A program made the position numbers and the translations under genes. A DNA stretch of 64,000 bases, from assembly GCA_000004985.1 (NCBI GenBank), contig GG738880.1; one strand, 5' to 3'. Below, one piece after another: positions 12,354 through 21,450 of the stretch. This stretch comes from Naegleria gruberi (taxonomy: Eukaryota). Below the pieces are notes generated by a model, which saw nothing but the letters and a program-made list of their open reading frames with translations, was not told where the DNA came from and searched no databases. Position 1 is the stretch's first letter. The number at the start of each line of letters is the position of its first letter.

Positions 12354-14107
12354 AGTTAGCAAAACCAGTCTTAACAGCTTCAACGTCTGGTTGGGTAACA
12401 TTCTTCAATGCACATCCACCGTGGAATTTAAGAGCACGAATACTGGCAACAATGACAGCAACAGATGGCTTCAAACCAGAAATTCTGCACTTGATGTCAA
12501 AGAACTTTTCACCACCAATATCACCACCAAAACCAGCTTCAGTCAAAACAAAACCATCTTCACCAACAAGTCTCAAAGCAATATCATCAGCAATAATACC
12601 ATTTTGACCAGCAGCAATATTAGCAAATGGACCAGCATGAACAAAAACTGGAGTAGATTCAATAGTTTGCATCAAAGTTGGCTTAATGGTGTCCTTCATC
12701 AAGACAGCCATAGCACCAGCAACACCAACATCTTCAGCAGTAACTGCATTACCATCACGATCATAGGCAACAGTAATCTTACCAAATCTTTCTCTCATGT
12801 CTGTCAAATTCTTGGACAATGCCAAAACAGCCATACATTCAGAGGCAACAGCAATATCAAATTGAGTTTCTCTGGTTTGACCCTTTTCATTTGGACCTTG
12901 GCCAATAGTGATCTTTCTCAAATGTCTGTCGTTAATATCAACAACTCTGTTAATCTTAATAGTGGCTGGATCAATATTTAATCTGACGAGTTTTTCTCTT
13001 TCTTCTGGTGTTAATTTATCTGGATCTTCTCTTTCAGCAATACCTAATTTGGCCAATCTTTGGATCATGGATGGAACAAATTGTCTCTTTCCGTCCTTAC
13101 CAGCTGGACAAAGGTGATCAAAGAGTTGATCAGTCTTTTGATATGATTCATGGAAAACTCTAGTATCAACAGCAGCAGCCAACAAGTTATTGGCAGCAGC
13201 AATAGCGTGAATATCACCAGTCATGTGCAAATTGAATTCTTCCATAGGAACCTATTGTCAAATGATCATAAAATTTGAAAAAACAGTTCAATTATTGTGC
13301 ACTTACAATTTGTGAATAACCACCTCCAGCAGCACCACCCTTGATACCCTATAATTATTATTTGATTAATTATCATACTCCTCATTCAAAACTTACAAAA
13401 ACAGGTCCTTGTGATGGTTGTCTTAAACAAGAAACAACCTTTTTTCCGAGATGAGCACCCAAAGCTTGTGAGATACCCAAACAAGTTGTTGATTTACCTT
13501 CACCGAGAGGTGTTGGATTAATACCAGTAATCAAAACATAATTTCCCATTGGAGCATCTTGTCCTAAACGTTTAAGAATTTTCTTTCCATCAATCTTAGC
13601 CTTGTACTTTCCGTAAAATTCCAATTCTTCGTCAACATCAATGCCATAACGTGTGGCAATATCACCAATAAATTCAGGTTTACAATGTTGAGACACTTCA
13701 ATATCACTTGGGACAGGGACACGAATTTCACTCAATTTCTTACCAGTAATTGTTTCTTGTTGGGACATTTTTTTGTTGGTGTTGTTGTTGCAACCGGTTG
13801 AAGAACTGTAAGAGCGAAAAGAAGAGCCGGTTGAAGATGTTCTTGCTGATGATTCGCTACAATCAATAATATTAACATATTTGTGATGGGAAATTTGTTT
13901 GGCGCCAAAATTTAGGGAAGTATTCTTCTTCTTGTTGGTTGCAAGGCTTTTTGAGAAGCTTCTTCTTATCGATGATGATGAAGAGGTGGTTGAGCAAGTT
14001 GTTGATGATGCATTGTTCAATTGATGATTAGGAGTGTTACCGATGAGACGATCATGACACCAAAGTGATTGAATATTACACTTGGATTTTGTAATCTTAC
14101 GAAGCAT
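12354..14107 (-). CDS. Formate--tetrahydrofolate ligase (10-formyl-THF synthetase, monofunctional FTHFS). The 3' end is lost in the gap.
   Basis: Minus-strand exons: 13397..14107 (or start at the ATG at 13768), 13307..13348, and 12354..13251, which continues into the N run. Introns 13349..13396 (48 nt) and 13252..13306 (55 nt) are both GTAAGT...TAG. The spliced translation reads ...VPVPSDIEV...[17 protein letters not shown]...QGPVF|[14 protein letters not shown]|[17 protein letters not shown]...[29 protein letters not shown]. This carries the FTHFS P-loop [10 protein letters not shown] and other core motifs. The ORF-track N-terminal 113 aa (S-rich) looks like non-coding read-through or a targeting peptide. 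A second Met, [11 protein letters not shown] at 13768, aligns with FTHFS N-termini. Confidence 0.9.
13898..13910. promoter_or_regulatory. Palindromic E2F-like site TTTGGCGCCAAAA about 130 bp upstream of the second in-frame ATG of the FTHFS gene
   Basis: A GC-rich palindrome sits in otherwise AT-rich sequence and matches the E2F consensus TTTSGCGC on both strands. It lies within the poorly conserved 5' extension of the ORF, which may really be 5' leader. Confidence 0.35.
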
Positions 14108-14597
14108 ATGACGTGGATTTAGATATTTACAATAATAGGAAGATTAAAAAGATCAATCTACTACTACAATTAATGATGAAGCAAATTACAAGCAGATGAA
14201 ATTGAACTCAGTTCCGAAGTATTATTAACCAACAAGAATTGTTTCAATTTTTTTGATTTTAAAAAGCTCGTGCTAACAAGGGTTATGTGTGTTATTTTAA
14301 TCGTCGGGTTAGAGGTGCAGTTTCTCTAAATGTCATCAAGTAATACGAACAATTGCATTTCCATTGATTGGAATAGAAAGTTTTTGAATGGCTTAATTAT
14401 AAAAAGAATCCGCTACTATTTCAATAATTTGCAAGGGTTGACTTGCACCTTTCTATTACAGTTAAATAGAATAATAAACATGTAGTGTTTCCACTTACAA
14501 CAAATGATTTCTATTTGGGGCATCTTTGTAACCAGTATTCAACTACAGTTTGTTCAAGAAACTGTATTTGTGAAATATTGTAAAGTGGAATATAATT

Positions 14598-15371
14598 TAT
14601 TGGAATTTCTTCTTGGCATATTCCTCACCAAATAATTTACAAAGTACATTCATACATGGTCCATATTCTGCTTTCTGCATTAAATCCCACTCTACAGTAA
14701 ATAATACGAAATGTTTAAATAAAGTATTGATGTGAGCTGAGATACCTAAATTATTAATATATGATCCATGTCTATGATAAATGTGTGCAAAAACTCTAAA
14801 AAGTCTTGAAAATATTTTAACAACAGTTGGTTTGACTATTTTAGAAACGGATCATGATATTCTAAACAAATTATTCTAAACTAAACTTACATTTCTTTGG
14901 ATATGCTTTATCATCTTGTTGTGGAAATACTTTTGGATCATCCAATTTAGTATCAATCCATTCAGATAATAAATTAATATACAAAGGAGCCGAAACTGTT
15001 GTTGGTTGATGATATTGTACATTAGTTGATTCATCATCGAACCATCTATATTCATAACAATCTCCACCACTCATAGATGGACAATTTAATTCAGTACAAT
15101 CATGATTTAATTTCATACTATCAATTAGTAGGAATAAATTTTCATAAAATTCCAAAACGTGTTGAGCCAACCAATCCTTCTCATCAACTTGTGAAGGTAA
15201 TTTTACCAATTGTTCCAATTCTCTAATACTTGCTGAGAGTCCTGATATGATCACTGATTGTCTGTGATGATGGTGATGATGACCATTTGATGTACTTGTG
15301 GTTGGTGCTGTTGTTTGTTGCACTGTAAAAATTGATTGTTGTCTCTTTCGTTTGAAAAAGTTAGATAACAT
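14598..15371 (-). CDS. MOB kinase activator (Mob1/phocein family)
   Basis: Exons 14881..15371 and 14598..14835, joined by intron 14836..14880 (45 nt, GTAAGT..ATAG, phase 1). The spliced protein reads ...LEFYENLFLLIDSMKLNHDCTELNCPSMSGGDCYEYRWFDD...SAPLYINLLSEWIDTKLDDPKVFPQQDDKAYPKK|FKPTVVKIFSRLFRVFAHIYHRHGSYINNLGISAHINTLFKHFVLFTVEWDLM...*. This aligns along its length with Mob1 (CPxMSxGxxYEYxWxD, VAKxIxKRLFRVYAHIY, TSFKHFxxF). There is an N-terminal His6 run. Confidence 0.85.
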
Positions 15372-16021
15372 CCTTGCTGCTGTTGATATTGATTATAATA
15401 AAGAAGTCTCGTTCAAGAAAACACAAAGGTTTACAGTACTGGTTAGTTGATTAATTGTTGAGACTTTTTTTTCAGTTTGGTGAACAATCAACTATCAACA
15501 ATGAAGGGATTATTGGGTTTGAGGTGGTACAGAGGTTAGTGGAACTTCCAATAAATTAGAACATAGTGGTGTTGCATTCAAAATATTTGTGGTTGCAATT
15601 TTGAAATAAACAATAGAATTCTAATCTACTTTGTATGTTGGAAATGAAATCATTTGATTTTTTAAAAAAAATATTAAGACCTTAAACACGCATTTTCTTA
15701 GCCCTTTTATGTTCAAATAGAATTACCATTCTCAAATTTATGAATGAAAAAATTTCACATGATAGTCCATTTCTTTTTTGTTACATAAATGAATTGGGAT
15801 TTAAATATCCAATAGGACAATGTTGTCGCAATAATAGTGTATATGATATTGTAGACAACTTGTATCACATGAGTTCAGAAAAATAATTGTCTCAAAAATA
15901 CTGCAAAGTTCATTATTCACTAAGTGAAATCCTTTAAGGTAACACTTTATCCTGCAGCAACCTCTTTAATTGCTAATAAATTGAGGCTCGTAGAAAAATT
16001 CCAAATAACAAAGCACAAAAA

Positions 16022-16420
16022 ATGGCATTAGAGAATGATTTCAAAGATAGTTGGACCTGCAAATGTGGAGCCCTCAATGGAAAACAAGATATTCGGACAG
16101 CAACGGATGGTAGAATTTATAGGATTTGTAATTCATGCAGTTGTACAATAGATGTGTGTATTCCTGCACATGATATAATCTCACATAGATATGTCAATAA
16201 ATGTTGTGGTTTACGACGTTCAATTCCCCGAACAGGCTGTAATTGTACTGCTTACCAACCTGTTAGAGGATTTGAATGTCGTTGTGGACATCATGGATCA
16301 ATTCATCGCATTGCTAGCATTCCTTATAAAACTGGTACAGTGAATACTAAAGTGAAGAAGAGTGAATTGAAAGACAGTGGATTATCTTTTGATATTAATT
16401 CTGTTGACGATCTCCAATAA
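16022..16420 (+). CDS. Hypothetical Cys-rich protein (15 Cys; possible zinc-binding) with no confident family assignment
   Basis: Single 132-aa ORF with ATG start, organism-typical codon usage, and many C-x-C/C-x2-C pairs (WTCKCG...ICNSCSC...CRCGHHG). It is transcribed divergently from the MOB gene. Confidence 0.45.
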   Translation: MALENDFKDSWTCKCGALNGKQDIRTATDGRIYRICNSCSCTIDVCIPAHDIISHRYVNKCCGLRRSIPRTGCNCTAYQPVRGFECRCGHHGSIHRIASIPYKTGTVNTKVKKSELKDSGLSFDINSVDDLQ

Positions 16421-16504
16421 ATTATTTATTGAGAGAGGTTTACAGTTTTAGATTTCCTAGCTTAAATCTCAGTCCATTTTCTCTAGAATTTAATGTCACA
16501 TAAA

Positions 16505-17332
16505 TCAATAGGATGGATTATTTGTAAAGACAATACTACTGTTTGTTGCTTGGAGAGTGGATGATGAATTTGGAACTGAATTATGTATTTGTTTTCTAGA
16601 GGAATTTCCTCCTCGAATTGAGGAAGGCATTTCAGAATAGGTGTGACCATCTGAGGGTGTTGCATCCAGAGCTATACTATATGGAGCTGCACTTGTTGTA
16701 GAGTTGGCCGTTAAATTAACACTTTGAATTGGCCTTTTTCTTTGATTATTTACAGAACTTGTTTGTTGTACATTTCGAATATTTGCATTATCTTTAGGTT
16801 CAATGCAAGGAGAAATTGGATTCTGTGAATCACCAATTGATGGATCATCCAAAAGAAGTGATAAAGGAGTTGCCAATACTTGTTGTGAAGAGAGAGTCAT
16901 GGATAGTTGTGGAGGTGGCATTTGCTGTTTTGGTTTTCCTCCAATCTGATGATTCATCTTATTTGATTTCTCAATTTGATGCATTCTATAAACATCTTGT
17001 TTCAATTTCTTTAATTTCTTTGCAAGTCTCATCTTTTGATTCGAAAGTTTTTCCAAAATGTGATGAATTGTTTTTTCCTTTAATTCCCATTGATTTAAAC
17101 TTGAATTATGATGGTGATGTTGTTGAATTAGAATTTGTTCTCTCTGTTGAAGAAGAGCAGAAAGGCCATGTTGTATTTGATGATAATGATGAGAAGTAGA
17201 ATCAAATGGTTGTTCCGATAGAGTTTGATAAGCAATCGGAGAAGAATTTAAATAATTATTATTATTGTGGCGATGATGATGGTGATTATGAAGAGTTTGA
17301 GGTTGATTATTACTATTCATCACAACAAGCAA
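16505..17332 (-). CDS. Hypothetical His/Gln/Asn-rich protein with a short coiled-coil or basic segment
   Basis: 275-aa ORF containing HNHHHHRHNNNN and QQHHHH runs and a K/L-rich heptad stretch (EKLSNQKMRLAKKLKKLKQDV). It is low-complexity with no recognisable enzymatic domain. The plus-strand ORFs 16816..17199 and 17206..17406 are its antisense shadows. Confidence 0.45.
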   Translation of the reverse strand: MLVVMNSNNQPQTLHNHHHHRHNNNNYLNSSPIAYQTLSEQPFDSTSHHYHQIQHGLSALLQQREQILIQQHHHHNSSLNQWELKEKTIHHILEKLSNQKMRLAKKLKKLKQDVYRMHQIEKSNKMNHQIGGKPKQQMPPPQLSMTLSSQQVLATPLSLLLDDPSIGDSQNPISPCIEPKDNANIRNVQQTSSVNNQRKRPIQSVNLTANSTTSAAPYSIALDATPSDGHTYSEMPSSIRGGNSSRKQIHNSVPNSSSTLQATNSSIVFTNNPSY

Positions 17333-17590
17333 TTAAAAAGTTTTGTCTTTCTTTGTTGGACGTTAGTTCGAATGTTTGGTGGAATTTTTTTTGTATTGAA
17401 AATTAAATAATTTTTCAAAAAAGAAATTTCGAATTAATTTTCCAATAAACTCTACCTTACCATCAACTTAACGACACAAATGACAGATTTAATTCGGTCA
17501 TCAATAACGTCATCAACTATTTTTATAATTTCCAAGTTCAAAAAATTATCACCACACTGATCATCCCTTGTTTCATCATTAATTTCATTC

Positions 17591-18253
17591 ATGCTATTTT
17601 TCTTTGATTTTATCTATCACCAGGTTTATAAATTTCTCTATTCTGCCTTGGATTTGTTTCTTCCCCAGAAGAAATTTCAGCTTTTGTCATTTGAAACTAC
17701 TTCTAAAACTTATTCTGAACTGATGCAATGTATGCAGTTGGCCTTCCAAAAAGATGACTTTCGCACATTAGATAATCAAAGAGATCAGATACTCAATGAT
17801 ACTGGGTATGGTGTTGAGTTTAAGAATTTTTTTCTGAGCTATGTACAGATTTCTTCTTATTACTATTCAACGGATGATTTATACAGATATAGTATGAAGG
17901 GATGTGCTGCATTTATTGTAGTTATGGATTCTAATACAGGTTATGGATTGAGTACTAGTACATATAGTAGTGTTACAGTAAAAGAGTTAATTGAACTTTC
18001 ATCGGTGGATGATTCTCAATATTCAGAAAAGAAACCTAAAGTTTACTTGAAGAAAAATCATAGACCAATGCTATTCATTCTACGAGGTACAGATAAGGCA
18101 ATGATTAAAAAAGCAGAAGAAGAAATAGAAAAAGGAATTTCTGAATGCCAATACGAAAGGGATAAATATTATATTGCCTATCATGATTCAACTTTGGAGA
18201 AGGAAACTATTTATGAAGGAATGGAATGGATATTATCCAAACAATCTTCTTAA
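17591..18253 (+). CDS. Divergent Arf/Arl-like small GTPase-fold protein with degenerate G-motifs
   Basis: 220-aa ORF. The C-terminal half aligns with Arf (AAFIVVMDSN ~ GLIFVVDSND; YLKKNHRPMLFIL ~ LVFANKQDL; ...ETIYEGMEWILSKQ ~ GDGLYEGLDWLSNQ). The N-terminus, LYSALDLFLPQKKFQLLSFETTSKTYSEL, mimics the Arf amphipathic helix plus P-loop, with the Gly residues replaced (GLDxAGKT -> SFETTSKT). The DxxGQ switch II is absent. Confidence 0.5.
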   Translation: MLFFFDFIYHQVYKFLYSALDLFLPQKKFQLLSFETTSKTYSELMQCMQLAFQKDDFRTLDNQRDQILNDTGYGVEFKNFFLSYVQISSYYYSTDDLYRYSMKGCAAFIVVMDSNTGYGLSTSTYSSVTVKELIELSSVDDSQYSEKKPKVYLKKNHRPMLFILRGTDKAMIKKAEEEIEKGISECQYERDKYYIAYHDSTLEKETIYEGMEWILSKQSS

Positions 18254-18411
18254 TATAAATTATATTATTATTTAATTATTATTTATCATTCATAAAATCA
18301 ATCCCTTTATTGAGATTGCATTCAATAAACTCATAAATTATCAAATTCCATCATACCATCAATACTACCATTATTATACGTTTCATATATTTCAATTTTT
18401 CAATTCCAAAA

Positions 18412-18822
18412 TTAAGTTTTAATACTTCCTTCGTTTGGAATTTCATAGAAATATTTATACAAAACTCCAACACCTGGAATTCCAAGCAATGCAAGCATTA
18501 TCATTTCTCCAACACTCAAATGCTTCTTTATCATAAAAAGATTTTGTTTAGCAAGTCGGAACAAGGCTAAAAAACTGCCATCATCCACAACCTTTTTTCT
18601 TTCTGCTCTTTGTCTGGCATCTTCGGAAGTAGAAACAGGTGCTGGTGTTGTTGTTGTTTCCTTCTTTGATTCTGAGTATTCTCTTCTTACAGAAGTGACA
18701 ATATTCGAACGAATGGAAATATTTGATGATGAGAAAGATTTTAAACCTTGGGAGGCTTTTTTGATTTGGCGTGCAAGCATTTTTTTCTTATTTGAAAATT
18801 TCCATATTGAGTTTAAACTCAA
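18412..18822 (-). CDS. Hypothetical small tail-anchored membrane protein
   Basis: 136-aa ORF with a basic, S/T-rich N-terminal part and a single C-terminal hydrophobic helix (MIMLALLGIPGVGVLYKYFY). No family recognised. Confidence 0.4.
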   Translation of the reverse strand: MSLNSIWKFSNKKKMLARQIKKASQGLKSFSSSNISIRSNIVTSVRREYSESKKETTTTPAPVSTSEDARQRAERKKVVDDGSFLALFRLAKQNLFMIKKHLSVGEMIMLALLGIPGVGVLYKYFYEIPNEGSIKT

Positions 18823-18946
18823 TAATAATTGGCTAAGAAGATAACATGTTTACAATTTTAATATTATCAGTTTACTCAATTACAATAAATATTTTGTAAT
18901 GAATAATGAATGGTAACACTTGTAATAAAATTCAACGACAAAAAAA

Positions 18947-19494
18947 ATGAATCATCAACAAGGATATTCCTTGCTTTCAATTTTATGTGGAGTAACAATC
19001 AGTCTATCTCTGATAATGCTCCTAACTCCGAATGGTGGTGGGTTGCAAGCTCAAAATTTAGGATGTACTTCTTATAACTTTAAGTGTTGTAGAAATATTC
19101 ATTATCCAGTGATGGCCATAGTTGCCAATACTTTTGATCAATCAACTTGTAAAACGATTGATATCATGTTGAGAGGACAGTTGGCAAATGCTACAGTAGC
19201 ATGTAAACAAGCCTATGTTGAGACATATTGTCTTTCTGCTATTCCTCAATGTTGTCCAAATCAACCAGTAAGTTGACATATCTCACTAAATTAATTTTAA
19301 TATTTTGACAGGTTGTTTATCATGTCTGTGCCAGTTCATGTAGAAATTTATTGAACCAATGTGGTCACCACGTAAATTTTACAAGCTGTGACTCTGCTCC
19401 ATTCTATCCTGAACCTTGCAATAGTGGTCGTGGTGTTTCTTGTGCACAATCTTACAAGATTTTAGGAGATAATGATGAAGAACTCGAACCTTAA
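18947..19494 (+). CDS. Secreted cysteine-rich protein (14 Cys), possibly a Frizzled-type CRD-like fold
   Basis: Exons 18947..19267 and 19312..19494, with intron 19268..19311 (44 nt, GTAAGT..ACAG, phase 0). N-terminal signal peptide (LLSILCGVTISLSLIMLL). The Cys spacing, ...C..YCLSAIPQCCPNQP|VVYHVCASSCRNLLNQCGHHVNFTSCDSAPFYPEPC, resembles a Fz CRD only loosely. Confidence 0.55.
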
Positions 19495-19574
19495 AAAGGT
19501 AAACTATTTATTTACAAGTGAATTTAATTATGCAATCGATCGTCAATAAAGATAATGGTCCAATCATATCCTTA

Positions 19575-19950
19575 TTAATTCTTTTGTCTTTGTTTAATAA
19601 CATCATTGTATTCCTTCTCCTGTGTCAGACGTGGATTTTCTGTTCCGGCAGGGATCTCACGTTTGAATAAAAGAATATGTTGTTCGCTTGATGAAGGAGA
19701 GTATCCATAATGAACCCATCCTCTGGACATTTGAATGCCCAAGCCTCGCCATTCCTTCTCAGCGAGAAGTCTCTCACAATTTTGAATACATTCTGCCAAC
19801 TTTTCTGGTAAAATTACATGTCTATATTCATATTCATCATCATAATACTATTAAATTTCCGTTGATAAATTAGTAATCAATAATTGTTGTTGTATAGTCA
19901 CTGAAACAACTAACCTTGTCAGAGTAGTAAATTTCGTCCTTGTTGCTCAT
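19575..19950 (-). CDS. cks1: Cyclin-dependent kinase regulatory subunit Cks1/Suc1, with an apparent 1-nt frameshift in the gene model
   Basis: Exon 1 (19915..19950) encodes [12 protein letters not shown]. Intron 19847..19914 (68 nt) has a GTTAGT donor and AATAG acceptor. Exon 2 (19575..19846) begins [15 protein letters not shown]. After a T3/A3 homopolymer near 19801-19803 the conserved continuation [32 protein letters not shown]...HILLFKR is in the +1 frame. Both pieces match Cks (YSDKYxDDxYEYRHVxLP and EWRxLGVQQSxGWxHY...HILLFRR). Confidence 0.8.
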
Positions 19951-19981
19951 TTTTTTTTAATTTGATTATTAATTAAAATTG

Positions 19982-20023
19982 GGCGCCAAAATTTTGACAA
20001 TTTAAATAATCATTTTTGGCGGT
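19982..20023. promoter_or_regulatory. Two E2F-like sites (TTTTGGCGCC at 19982..19995 on the gene strand; TTTTTGGCGG at 20014..20023) 30–75 bp upstream of the cks1 ATG
   Basis: GC-rich GGCGCC/GGCGG cores flanked by T-runs in an AT-rich spacer, matching the E2F consensus TTTSGCGC. cks1 is a canonical cell-cycle gene. Confidence 0.4.
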
Positions 20024-20271
20024 TCTAGCGTTGGAAGGAACATTGAATGTTTTAAATTACAAATCATAACGGTAACATGAAAGAAATTCCATCAATTAGA
20101 GAACTTAATGATGTGTAATATTCTTAACTTGTTGAACAATTGATTTTTAATCTTTCTTGTAAATTAAAATCGAAATAAAATTGAATAGAATGAAATGGCA
20201 GCTTTTTTCATTAATTTTAAATAGAATGAATTTATTTGCACCAAATATCAAAAAACCTTTTTTAAATTAAT

Positions 20272-21225
20272 TTACTTCTTTTCAGCAGCTGGAGCTTCAT
20301 CCAATTCTCTGCAGTATGGCTTTGGAAGATCACCATCTTGGAAAAGGAGAGTCTTTTGTCCACCAAGTGGTTCAGCATATCTACGTCCATTTTGAGAACC
20401 AATTTGTTTTGGATATTCACCCTTCTTCAACATTTCAATAATTTCAATAGCACGAACAGCTGTCAAATCTTCGAAATAATCATATTTAAATTCTGGAGGG
20501 TTAGAGTAATCGGAAACAGCAATCATTGGAGCATTAGCACAACAACCCATACATTCCATTTCTCCTAAAGTGAACAAACCATCTTGAGTAGTTTCACCCA
20601 ATTTAATTCCTAAATGTTGTTCAAGAGTAGCCAAAATATTATCACATCCAGTTATCATACATGGAGTAGTAATACAGACTTGAATGTGGTACTTTCCGAC
20701 AGGTTGAGTATTGAACATAGTATAGAAGGAAACACATTCAAAAACATTTCTTGGATTAACTTCACAGATTTCAGCAATCTTGTTAATAGCAGCCAATGGA
20801 ATCCATCCACCATTTTGACGTTGAGCCAAGTGGAGCAAAGGTAAGATACCAGATTGTTTGTGTTTACTTGGATATTTAGCAAGAATTTTCTTGATTTCAG
20901 CATATGATTCTGGTGAGAAATCAAAAGGAGTGTTAACATTATTGTATTCAGTATCAACATGCTGTAATAATAATAACATTCAATTATAATTGTAGTAATC
21001 ATTTAAAATTAATAACAACAAGAATAATTTCAATAATAATAAAATCCGTGATGAAAAAATTCATATGAAGATAACAACAAGAATAAAATCCACACATTTT
21101 CAATAAAACTTGATTCCATCATCACTACATACCTTGTATTGCAAGAATGAAGAGCGGGTTGTAGAGAAACATCTCTTATTGTTGAGGACGACTCTTCTGA
21201 GAAGGTTGTTGGTATTTCTAAGCAT
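20272..21225 (-). CDS. NADH dehydrogenase [ubiquinone] flavoprotein 2 (complex I 24-kDa subunit, NDUFV2)
   Basis: Exon 1 (21133..21225) encodes MLRNTNNLLRRVVLNNKRCFSTTRSSFLQYK, a mitochondrial presequence. Intron 20962..21132 (171 nt) is GTATGT..TTACAG. Exon 2 (20272..20961) encodes HVDTEYNNVNTPFDFSPESYAEIKKILAKYP...GKYHIQVCITTPCMITGCDNILATLEQHLGIKLGETTQDGLFTLGEMECMGCCANAPMIAV.... This is collinear with NDUFV2 including the 2Fe-2S Cys ligands. Confidence 0.9.
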
Positions 21226-21450
21226 TTTTATCTTGTTGGTAAAATTTTTACAAGCCTTTGTTTGTTCTTGTCGTTGTCTAGTCAAATATACAAATGAAGG
21301 CTTGAACCAATGCTCCAAATACATCCAAATTTAATTGGAGTGCAATGAGCTGTTGCTGGTGATCCAAGATCATTTAATAATTAAATAATTGATTTTATGT
21401 ATTGAAAATGTAAATTACCTGCTGTGTAAACAATTGGCCAAATAACAAAC

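Noticed and set aside
12391-13117. Plus-strand ORFs 12391..12981 (196 aa) and 12908..13117 (69 aa)
   Set aside because: Low-complexity S/T/N translations that sit exactly antisense to the well-conserved formate-THF ligase exons on the minus strand. They are typical antisense shadow ORFs.
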